From Epiperipatus broadwayi (lineage: Eukaryota; Animalia; Onychophora), in NCBI GenBank assembly GCA_028023455.1, contig JAQFVV010000001.1, positions 27,590,001-27,654,000 on the forward strand: DNA of 64,000 nt, written 5' to 3'. Position 1 is the first letter of the stretch. Each line of letters opens with the position of its first letter. Below are positions 38,201 to 48,400 of the stretch, piece after piece. The notes below the pieces were generated by a model, which saw nothing but the letters and a program-made list of their open reading frames with translations, had not been told where the DNA came from and did not search any database. A program made the position numbers and the translations under genes.

Positions 38201-38659
38201 ATTTGAAGGTGAATTTAGAGTATGGCATATTAAAATCCCCAATCATGACTGTGGGAAAGGGATTGGTAGCTAGTATTGCTTTTATATTAGTGATTAGCTG
38301 ATAAATGAGACTTGGTTGACTGTATAAGTATACTAGGATAATGTTAATTGTGTAAGCTTGTTTATATAAAGTTGTTATGCACATATGCGAGTCAAGTATA
38401 GTATGTTTATTGATTGAAAAGGAGAAGCATGGTGATTGATAATTCCAACTCCTGCAGATGAGGTGTTAGAGTTGGAAAATCTATTAAATCCAAACCTCTG
38501 AAAGTATCGGTCAGGCTTGATTATTGAGTTTACCGATAATTTGGTTTCAGTGCATAGAATGAGATGCGGTTTGTATAGTTCAATCCAATTGGATATTGCA
38601 TAGATTCTTTGGAGAGAGTTTAACCCTCTGACATTAACCGCTACTATAGAAAAAAGCAT
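35265..38659 (-). pseudogene. ORF2 of element A (APE endonuclease + reverse transcriptase + C-terminal zinc finger), broken into at least 9 pieces
   Basis: APE motifs: VNVRGLN, LCTETK, SAGVGI, MIGDFN, SDH. RT motifs: LDIEADFDSI, IPQGSPLSALLF, FMDDIVVF, LKFNTGK, FLGIP, SIHSKTTLINMLILPKINY. C-terminal motifs: C..(HL)..EETMNHFLVNC and LW..RC..VFN. Confidence 0.92.
37900..37935. other. Assembly gap (36 N)
   Basis: N run inside ORF2 of A. Confidence 0.99.
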
Positions 38660-38929
38660 GTTAGTTGATTAGGAAGTTAGAGGAATGATACAACAAGGGC
38701 CATCAGCAAATGCCAATTGTAATATTTCTTCTAAGTTATTACTTATTGCACGTGTTATACCCATCAATAGAGTGTTTTTGAGGGTTTTAAGGACCTGATT
38801 ACCAACTATGGACCGGTTATGCTCCATAGCAAGGCAAAGGAAGAAGGAGTCCAAATAAATCAAATCGGCAAGCCAATAACAGATCATTAAGAATAACTGA
38901 TTCCATAGTGATAATAAAGTTTAGAATTG

Positions 38930-39618
38930 CTAGGTTATCTGGGCAGCTACAGATGAGTCACCCTTTGAGCCTCTGGAAGCTCTCCTATGTATGTCCACGC
39001 CTTCCTTGTAGACATCAAGTTGACTAACTTCATCAGAAGATTCCTGCATTGATTTTCTAGTACAATAAGGATTTTCAGTGTTGTCATTATTAACTGGGGA
39101 TGTGTTAGTTGCCTTCATTTTTTTCTTGACTGGTGCAGAAATTACACTTTGGTTCTTATTTTTAGGGGCTTGGTTAGCCTGATCCTTGTCACAGTTTGAA
39201 TTTTCACTGGGATCGACCTTTGGAATTGCTCCATTGTTTTTATTTTTTCTCTTGTTTTTGTTAGCATTTGGAAAAGAATTACTACTTTTAGTCATTGTTG
39301 ACATGGAGTCAGCAGAAGATTCTAAATGGTTAGTGGATTCTAGTGGACTGGCCTCACTCATGGATTGCTGATCAGTATTAAATGATGTTAGCAACCCAGC
39401 ACTACTTTTCATACTTGATTGTTGATCAGTGTTAAAAGAAGGTATAGACTCTGACCTGGTTTCAAAAGTGGATTTTAGGACTGTGTTATATGTTGTAAGA
39501 GAGCTGGTATTAGTATGTGAAATCATTGCCGAGTGTTTGTGTGTATTTGGTTCTTGGGTGGTAATTTGATTTGTTTGTGATACAATACAATTACCATTAT
39601 TTTTTTGTGGGTATGTGG
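38930..39618 (-). pseudogene. Frameshifted Ser/Asn/Lys-rich C-terminal part of ORF1 of A
   Basis: The frame of ORF 38930..39526 is open upstream to ~39620 and joins ORF 39619..41019 through one frameshift. It is homologous to the tail of B. Confidence 0.7.
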
Positions 39619-41016
39619 TTAGGTGTTTTTTGCATTTATATTATTTGAGCAGCCGTGTAGCTTGGTGATTTTGAATCCACATTTGTTACAATATTTATTA
39701 GGACAGTCGTTAACCAAATGCGTTCTAAGTTTGCATTCAAAACATTGAGGTGGAATGCCCCTAAACGTTATTACCAGTGGTGATGCCTCAGTGTCATGCA
39801 TCGTAGGAATGTCGTATGGAGTAATATCTTTTTTCATAATTAAACTAAATATTGCGGTGTTAGAAAATACGGGAATAACTGCTTTTCTGTGATTAAGATA
39901 TGAGAAATTTATAACTTTGCCATAATCTTTCATTAGCAACTGTAGATCAGCTTCATTAAAATCAACATGACAATTTTTAATTTTTCCATACAAATATAGG
40001 GGGAGACTGGTGTCAATGTAACAAATTATTTTTTCCCCCAGAAATTTAATGTGTTTTCGGAAGATTTGTTGTTGAGTCCTATTGTGGAACTCCAAACAAA
40101 GGTATCTGTTGTTCGGATGCGTTAGAACTTTATATATGTATGACCACAAATTCTTATCTGTTAACATCTGGTAGAATTCATCAAAAGGAAAATGACCAAG
40201 ATTGCATTTAGAATTAGTAACCGTCATAATGACGGTTTGATTGTTTTCGAATTTTTTGAACGAGTTAAGAAGACTAGCTGGTATTGTTTCATTAAATTTG
40301 GTATTAATTTGATTGTATGCTTCAGGAGTAATATTTTGAGGCTGTTCTTCTGTAGATTCATCATCTAAACAGCAAACTTCCATTTCATCATCAAGGCCCA
40401 TCACCTCTGCCAAAGAATCAGAAGTAGTAATACCACTGGCGATAGGCGATGAAGGGGAGGACCTAATGATTCTGGCATAAGTATTACTATTTTCATTAGG
40501 TGTTCTACTGTATATTGAGTTTTGTGAAAAGTGATTATTTTCTCTATTGTTATTTTGTACTTGAAATTGTTTCGTTGTTATAGGCTCTGATTTTGATTGA
40601 CTATTTTCCTTGTTTTCTTTCACTTGATCTTGACTCGCTATTGTAAGCTCTGGATATTCATGCTTGTTGTACATGAGCCCTCCTATTTTCGCATTTGATT
40701 GTATGGAGTTTATGAATAGTGACGAATTAATAGAATTTTGAGTTGTGTTGCCTGACGCGGAAACATTTAGCGTGTTGTTTCTAGGCCCTCGTATTTCTGC
40801 ATCAGAGTCAACATTAACTTCCAAATTTTCTGTGGAAAAGAGATCACGATTATTAATTGATTTAGTTGATACAGAATACATTTGGTTACTATGAACTAAA
40901 GATTGTGAATTTTGATTAATAGTAGGATGATTTAAGGTAGGATTAGATTTGGATTTTTCAATTTGGCCATTAGAAGCCGCCATTTGTAACGTATTTGATG
41001 GATCGTTGTAATCCAT
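39619..41016 (-). CDS. ORF1p of element A (gag-like, zinc knuckles)
   Basis: Open frame (ATG at 41016, preceded by TTG at 41019). It contains CFECKLRTHLVNDC (CCHC) and CNKCGFKITKLHGC, and shares LLNSFKKF, HPNNRYLCLEFH, ICYID and SPL.ITF.GI.PQCF with B. Confidence 0.88.
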   Translation of the reverse strand: MDYNDPSNTLQMAASNGQIEKSKSNPTLNHPTINQNSQSLVHSNQMYSVSTKSINNRDLFSTENLEVNVDSDAEIRGPRNNTLNVSASGNTTQNSINSSLFINSIQSNAKIGGLMYNKHEYPELTIASQDQVKENKENSQSKSEPITTKQFQVQNNNRENNHFSQNSIYSRTPNENSNTYARIIRSSPSSPIASGITTSDSLAEVMGLDDEMEVCCLDDESTEEQPQNITPEAYNQINTKFNETIPASLLNSFKKFENNQTVIMTVTNSKCNLGHFPFDEFYQMLTDKNLWSYIYKVLTHPNNRYLCLEFHNRTQQQIFRKHIKFLGEKIICYIDTSLPLYLYGKIKNCHVDFNEADLQLLMKDYGKVINFSYLNHRKAVIPVFSNTAIFSLIMKKDITPYDIPTMHDTEASPLVITFRGIPPQCFECKLRTHLVNDCPNKYCNKCGFKITKLHGCSNNINAKNT

Positions 41017-41056
41017 CAAAACAATAAAAGAATTATCTACAATAGCACAAGGGTTT

Positions 41057-41065
41057 ACTTACCCC
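41057..41065 (-). promoter_or_regulatory. 5' splice-donor consensus GGG|GTAAGT in the 5' UTR of A
   Basis: G at 41062. The nearest AG would give a 26-nt intron (41062-41037). Confidence 0.5.
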
Positions 41066-41192
41066 ACTGCCTCACAGTGTGTCAGTGATAGGTTTATAAC
41101 TTGATTCAAATGTTTTCAGGATACAGATTTCACAATAAATGAATAAGAAAAGCAACTAAAACTGACCAATGCTAGCAAGAATTACTGCTTGT

Positions 41193-41203
41193 CCGCCATC
41201 TTG
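41193..41203 (-). promoter_or_regulatory. YY1-type motif CAAGATGGCGG at the 5' terminus of A
   Basis: Matches the YY1 consensus. Confidence 0.62.
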
Positions 41204-41246
<43 letters not shown>

Positions 41247-41272
41247 GCTACTGCTACTGCTACTGCTACTAC
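41204..41272. repeat. (TAC)n/(TACTGC)n microsatellite at the 5' flank of A
   Basis: Seen directly. Confidence 0.96.
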
Positions 41273-41449
41273 AGTAATCTTACCATTCCAGCAAAGTTCT
41301 CGGCTAACTTTATATACACTACTATGTTCTCAGGTTTGAATTAACCCTTAAGTTTAATATTTATTTACATTATTATTCTTGGCTCTTATTGATCAATTAA
41401 AATATATCAACAAAGCAATGTTCAAGTATACTAATCGCACACTTACTAT

Positions 41450-42080
41450 CCACACTCATCCTGACATCAAATTGAGTTTGCGACTCTGTAACCAATGTTT
41501 AAAAGTAATACTTAGCAATGGCTGTAATTCATACAGCCATAAGGAATATTAACATTAATATGAGAGTAGGTAGTGACCCGAATAAGAGAAAATACCTTTT
41601 CACTAAGGTTGAGGTATGCTAAGATTTATCACATTATACAGGGAGACTTGGGTATACCTATTAACCTCTGGCCATCAATAAAGAAATCATCTTATAGTGT
41701 AGAAAATAACCAAGTGGGAAACTCTTCCACTGTATTTAAATACTTTATAAAAAAATGGAATAAACATCTTAGTGAGTGAGCTAAACTATGACTCCACTAG
41801 CTTGGTGGGGACTCTTTATCCATCTACATATACACAGGTCTAATACCAATTTGTACGAGTAAAACTTTCACATCTACATTCCTCTCATGAAATAGTACAC
41901 CAGAATAATAGCCAACGATTTTTCCAAGCCTTAATTAGCTTATATCTAACTTTAACTTTACCATAATAATAATAGTAATAAGAAATACCTATTAAATTTT
42001 TAAAACTATTTCTCTGCACTTTTACACCATAAGGATAATATTTTAACCCAACATTCACCCAACTTTTATAAAACACCCAT
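41450..42080 (-). mobile_element. Older L1-like post-RT relic
   Basis: VGLKYYPYGVKV..NLIGI..KLIKAWKNRW and GQRLIGIP resemble SGLKIN..K, KL..W and GGLGIP. Very decayed. Confidence 0.33.
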
Positions 42081-44314
42081 AAGTCTAAGCATTTGACAAT
42101 AATACCTGATCCGATTTAAAAACATTTCACTTAACAATATCTCTTATTCTCATCATAAAAAAAAGTAAAGCATTTAATACAGGCACATACAAAATGATTT
42201 GATATTCACTTACTACCCACCCACCCCCCAAAAAAATAATAATAATTTTAAAATAGATTAACTTTAAACAAATATATATGATTATTATTATTATTTTTTT
42301 AGATTAAATGTTAGAAACGAATAACAAGTAATAAAATTATACTTAAACAGTCCTCCCGGATCGTCCTTTCAATCTCTGGCTTCCATTTTTGCTGCAGCTT
42401 CTTTTTTCCTTCTTTTGTTTGTTCCGTGCACACATATCACTTTAGATAGTTCCTTTTAGCTGCAAATCCTTAATCTGGGGCTTTATTTGAAAGAGTTACT
42501 TTTATATAAGTTCAATCCTTATGCTAAAATATAATAAAATTTACATGTTGATTAAAAGACTTTCTCCATTTTGGGTTCTGGTAATTAACTACACTTTTAT
42601 AGCTGAAAATAATTAGCTTTTAACTTTTGACATGTACAAGTCCATTTATTGTTGTATTTCTAATTTCACTTACGATGATTTGATGCTTCATATGCGATTG
42701 TAGTGTTCAGCTCTGCCTTATTTGTGAAATCAAAATTAATTTTCTCTCAGATCTTTGGATAGTATAAATAGCTAAGTCTTTTAAACTTAATAAATTTAAA
42801 TATGAAATAATAATTCATATAACTCAGTCTTTCTCCGATTTTTCATGGTCAAAATCTCCTCTGCATTTAAGTTTCATCACTCGCCTTTATTATGTCATAA
42901 AATAATAAATAAGTTGATTAATATGACACTGTATTTAATTATTCATCCAATGTGCCAAGAATTTTGGAAATTTACATATTCATAAAATAAGGTTACCTAC
43001 CAGGTTTATGATAAATTTTGGTAATTGATGCATATTGGCATGGGACTTTTTTAAATCACATATTGATAATTGTTTTAGATATAGGGGTATGTTATTATTG
43101 GATTACTCATAATTTTTAAATACATTGCAGTTGAATTAAATAAAATCGATGGCTTAAAATGGCTAGAGAATAATTTATATAGTATAAAATAAGCTGATTT
43201 ATGGCAATACAATAATAGAATGATTTATAAGATGTTTAAAAACTCCTATTGATTAGAGATTTTATACATAAAATTGTGAAAAAATCGTTGAATTTGGAAT
43301 AATTTTTTAAATTTAAAAATAAAATGTTATGTAAAGTTCAAAACGTTCAGTTATCTAACTTTGAAATATAAATTAATAATTTATGAATCTAGAAAGCAAG
43401 ATATATTTTAAATACTTTATACAAGATGGAGGGAAAAATTATTATAAAATGGAATTCATTGTTATACATAATAGTATATGTGGTAAGATTGCATAAATTG
43501 TTTTTCTGCATTTTGATATAGCATATAATGTAGTACTAAAAATAATAGTAATTTATTAGTAATAGAAAATAGGATTGCAAAAATCAATAAATGAAATATG
43601 AGTAAATGGGGTTACATAACATTGGGTTAATATAATTATGCATTAATAAAAAAAAAAATTCATGTGAACAATTATATAAAAAGTACATTATTATAAAAAT
43701 ACCTTTTAATCTGTATTTGCAGAATATTTGTAATGAAAGATTTTGTTTAGATAATTTTGTTTTGAATGTAGAAAATAATTTGAAAAAAAAAGTACAACTA
43801 AAAAGTTATATTCGATATATATTATAAGTAGTTTATTAAATTAATTAAATCATCATTATTTTTAACAAATTTAATCCATGTTCTCTGAACTACAGAAATT
43901 TTTTCACATTACACAAAGAATTTTTTTTTATTTCATCAATCATTCTCAAATATGGTTTTTGTCTAGATCTTTTATAGTTGCTTTTTGATTTAAAATTTTT
44001 TTCAGTGATGTCAATAAAACTTGTTTGTTATCTTTCCTATTCATTTTGCAGATATCTTGTCATTTTTATTACATATTTATCCATAACTCATTGCTTAATT
44101 TAAAATCATTGTCTTATTTTTTCATTAAAGGTCTAAGCTTCACATTTATTAAAAACCTTTCTTTTTAAACATATATGTATATTTTCTTTCAATCTTAAGT
44201 TATTTTCCTCAAAGCATTCTATGTTTAATTCTATGATTAATCTAATCTTTTTTCCACTGAATTAATAATCTGGGTAAATATTTTTAATTATTAAATTCTT
44301 ACAATTTATGATTA

Positions 44315-46200
44315 TCAATTGTAATAGATAAATGAGCTGTCTGATTGATCCACAAATTTTGATGACCAAAAATGTAATGGATAAAGTACTGGACTGGGAT
44401 ATCCAATAATGTAACTGGTAGACAGATGAATAAGTGGATCCACAAATGGATTTATAATAATCCACACTTATGTTATAATAAATTCATTAATTTATAAAGG
44501 CACCAATGAGTCTATGTGTAGTAAGTATTTTGTTTGGCAATAAATAAAAATCAATAAATACATGCTTTATTTTTAAGAAGTGTATAGTATGGAATATATG
44601 ACTAAATATTTTATCACTAAAGTAGCTTGGATAATAGAATAATTTGTGTAATAGATAACTCAAATGATGCCTAGGTTAATAATAAAATATAAGTTTATTA
44701 AGATAAATATCAACTCATTGAATTGTTTAAGATAAACAAAACATATCTCTACTTTAGCAATTGCAATCTAACATAATTCATTGTATATTTATAATCTGTC
44801 CCTGCCAGATTGTAATTGTGAAATATGATCTATATCAAAAGATCATTAGCATCCATGTTCACAAAATGTTAAATTCATAATATTTCATACAATATAAAAA
44901 TAGAACCTTCCAACATAAAATAACACAATAGCATATAGTAATTGATTTATCTATTTACAATATTATCATTCTAAACTAACATATGTTTTTTAATTTATAT
45001 CATGTGTAATATAGTATAAATTTCATGACTATTTTCAAAAGACTGCATTATGCTATTGTCAATAAATTGAAACAGCTATCACCAAAGTTTTTAATCCATT
45101 TTTCAAAATAACTATGACACAACTACATTTAATAAAATAAGTTCATTCAAATACATTTTACTATTTATTTTATAATTGCTTCAAGAAACTTTAATAACAT
45201 TTATTAGTAGTGAGCCCACATTCTTTTAGCATCTTACTAACATATAGAATATGTTTCATGCTTTCAGAGACAGAAGCATAAATCCTCACTATTATTATAT
45301 AGCAAACCCAAGCATCAGCATCTGCTACTTTGCCTTATGCTTTATACTGAGTTCCCTATCAATTCATATATTGTATCTATTTTTTTAGCAAACAATTTGA
45401 TGACCAACTCTAAGTCTAAACTCTCAACAAAACATCACTTCAAATTTATAATTATGATCTATTGAGTCATTAATAACTTTAATCCAACACTAACATACAC
45501 AAAATAACTTATATTGACTGTAACCATTAAGCAAGTATTTTAATCCTAATTATTTACCCTTTTGTGACACTAAATCTCACATGGATCATGTAAAATTACT
45601 CGAGCCCCATACTAGGTGCCCAAAAATGTAATGGATAAATGAGCTGCCTGAACAACCCAAAAATTTCAATAACCAAAAATGTAATGTATAAAGTACTGCA
45701 TTTGGGCATCCAACAACATAAATGGTAGGCAGATGAATAAGCTGATTCACAAATAGATTTACAATAATCTAAAGTTATGTTATAATAAACTCATTAATTT
45801 ATAAAGGCACTGATGAATCTAAGTATAAATAAATATTTTATTTGGTAATAAAAAAGTTAATAAATAAATGGTGTATTTTTAATGAGTGTATAGTATGGAA
45901 TATATGACTAAATATTTTAGTAATAAAGTAACTTGTATATTAGAATAATTTGTGTAATAGGTAAATCAAATGACAACTAGAATAATAATAAAATATAATT
46001 TCATTAAGATAAATACCAACTCATTGAATTGGTTAAGATAAATAAAACTTAACTTTAATTTGTAACAATTACAATCTTATATAATTTATTGTACACTTAT
46101 GACCTATCTCTGCCATATTACAATTGCTAGATATGTAAAGGTCATTAACGTGTATGTTCACAAAAGGGTTAAATACATAATTTTTTACACAAAATAAAAA
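44315..46200. repeat. Dispersed local duplication: ~44315-44900 and ~45625-46200 (~590 bp, moderately diverged)
   Basis: Shared blocks include GATAAATGAGCTG, CATTAATTTATAAAGGCAC, GTGTATAGTATGGAATATATGACTAAATATTTT and CAACTCATTGAATTG. Confidence 0.88.
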
Positions 46201-46384
46201 AAAAATATTTTTGTAAATATCTCCTACTCTTTAAATCAAATAATGCTTTCATTATAATGGTCATTTTACATATTTAAACTACTAACTATCTTTTAATTTT
46301 GATTTATTTTTTAAAGTTTATGCCAATGATCAATTTAAATTTTATTTACATGACTTATTAGCTAGATGTATACTAAATAATAAA

Positions 46385-47050
46385 TAACAATTAGAAAATA
46401 GTCAACACATAGACAATCCCAATATAGATGACAGACAACAATCTCAAACTGTTGTCAAGGTAATCTTTTTTTAGCAATAAAGATGAAATCCCACCTTTAT
46501 TTATGGCCCAATATTGCAACTTGACAGCAGAGATTAAAATTGTTGATACTAAGAAATTTAAATAACCCTAATTAAACAGATAAATAAAACCTATTCTAAA
46601 TATAGACTAATAAATAGTCAATTATAAAATTACAAACTGCATGTATAAATTTCAAATTGCATCCAAGTTATTACTTAAATAATAAATATAATAATGATGA
46701 ATGCTAAATATGTTTATAGTAATTATTAGTAACCAGTCAACATTTAGACAGTCCACTATAGATAGCAGTCAACTATCTCAAACTGATGTCAAAGCAACCT
46801 TTTAACAACAAATGTGGGATCCCACCTTGATTTATAGTCCAATATACTTATATAGATACTAAAAAGTGCAACTTGACCAGAGAGATTGAAATCGTTGATA
46901 TTAAGATTTTAAATAAACATCATTAAAAAGTAAATATAATATGTTCTGAATGCAGACTAATAAATAGTCAATTATAATGTTAGAAATTGCAATTATAATT
47001 TTCACATTGCACCCAAAGAATTACTTAAATAATAAGGAATAAATATAAAT
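46385..47050. repeat. Diverged tandem duplication (~330-345 bp period) with further fragments near 48415 and 50545
   Basis: Shared blocks AGTCAACA..TAGACA, ATCTCAAACTG.TGTCAA, ATCCCACCTT, AGACTAATAAATAGTCAATTATAA and TTACTTAAATAATAA. Confidence 0.82.
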
Positions 47051-47299
47051 ATACTAATTACATATCAACCAGTGAAGCTTTCTTTAAATTAAAAATTCTT
47101 TATAGCCAAGTGCTTTCAGGGAAATATTTAAATCCCATAATCATATCTATTTAATTGATGATACATGGTAAATGATGCTTTTTAATCATGTGTAAATGTT
47201 CACATAAAATATTCAAATATGCAAATCACTAAATATTCTATGCTTTGGAGAGAGTAAAGCAAACCTCTCTTCTGTTAATGGCATTGTTATTATTGGATA

Positions 47300-48109
47300 T
47301 TAACTAGGCTTCCTTCACCTTTCTTTTAATGTCATCTCATTTTGAACAAATAATGCTGGTTTCAGCAGGTTCAAAAATGTGAGTGGTTGCAACTTGGTGC
47401 TCCCAAAATATTGACCTAGTTTCATCTTTATTTTTGGCTTTATTATACAAATATCTGTGTTGATATATCTTGGTGGAAATATTAGCATGCATTTCACCAA
47501 TGTACATAGCTTTACACCCTATTTTAGGGCACATTATTCCATAAATAACATGGGGAGTGGATTCACAATTAATAAGGTCCTTAGAATTATTAATTACCCT
47601 ATTAGTATTAGGAGGCATCCATATACTTATTTGAAAGTCCTATTTTTGGTGTAATATTTTTTTATAAAAGGAATGGTTATATACTTTCTATCATTCTTGA
47701 TCCATTGCTTATTGATGTTATTATAAAAGTTGTATATACATGTTTTAATAACATTTAATTTGAAACCAATACTCAATAAATCTTTAGTGTATAGTTCTAT
47801 GTTGTTCTTTCTATCTGATTCAAAGCAACAAAGATGATAGTTTTGGTACAAAAAAGCCTTAAAACCTGCCAAATTATATATAATTGGACTATTAGCTTTA
47901 GGATGTGTATATCCTTTTATGTTGAATGGCTTCAGCAACATTGTTTATACTAGTTTATTATTTTTGGGGGAAATATTTAAATCTAAATACTTGATCCTAT
48001 GAAATTGATCTTCTTTAATAGTACTCACATTTAGACCAGTTGTATACTGAAATTCTTTTATAATCTTGTCAATGGTTTTATTTTTGGCAATCATTAAGAC
48101 ATCATCAAC

Positions 48110-48191
<82 letters not shown>

Positions 48192-48400
48192 ATTTTTGGT
48201 GCATGTTATATTTCAGTAATATGATATTTTCATAATGGTTTAAAACAATACTAGACAAAAATACCACTTAATGGTAGGCCCATAGGCCATCCAATTTCCA
48301 TTTTATACCATTTTTTTCAAAATTCACCATTAAGTTGTGATCTAACCAATTCAAAAAAATCCACTATGAAATCAATGCACTGTATAATAATTCTCAAGGC
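47300..48400 (-). mobile_element. Penelope-like element: RT (C-terminal half) + GIY-YIG, degraded
   Basis: In order: FFELVRSQLNGEF, GWPMGLPLSGIF, (TA)n, NVDDVLMI, KYLDLNI, HPK, YITIPF, HVIYGIMCPKIGCKAMYIGE..KIYQH..FWEHQVATTH. Confidence 0.87.
48113..48189. repeat. (TA)n microsatellite inside the PLE RT
   Basis: Seen directly. Confidence 0.97.

Larger units (their letters stand above)
34757..41203 (-). mobile_element. Element A: full-length L1/Tx1-like LINE (~6.45 kb; ORF1 plus ORF2 with APE-RT-zinc finger)
   Basis: 5' end CAAGATGGCGG; ORF1; ORF2 fragments; ~500 bp 3' UTR. AATAAA at 34774-34769 is followed by GTTATTTGAAAA and then (GTA)n. Confidence 0.92.

Noticed and set aside
38641-38664. 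Branch-point-like CTAAC plus polypyrimidine TAG acceptor at the start of ORF2, suggesting a spliced ORF2 mRNA from the 41062 donor
   Set aside because: That splice would remove the ORF2 ATG, and exon 1 has only a stop-terminated uORF. The pyrimidine run is explained by the codons MLFSI.
41340-41352. TTAACCCT piggyBac-like end (also near 20888 and 24614)
   Set aside because: No matching opposite TIR was found; such short motifs are expected by chance at this AT content.
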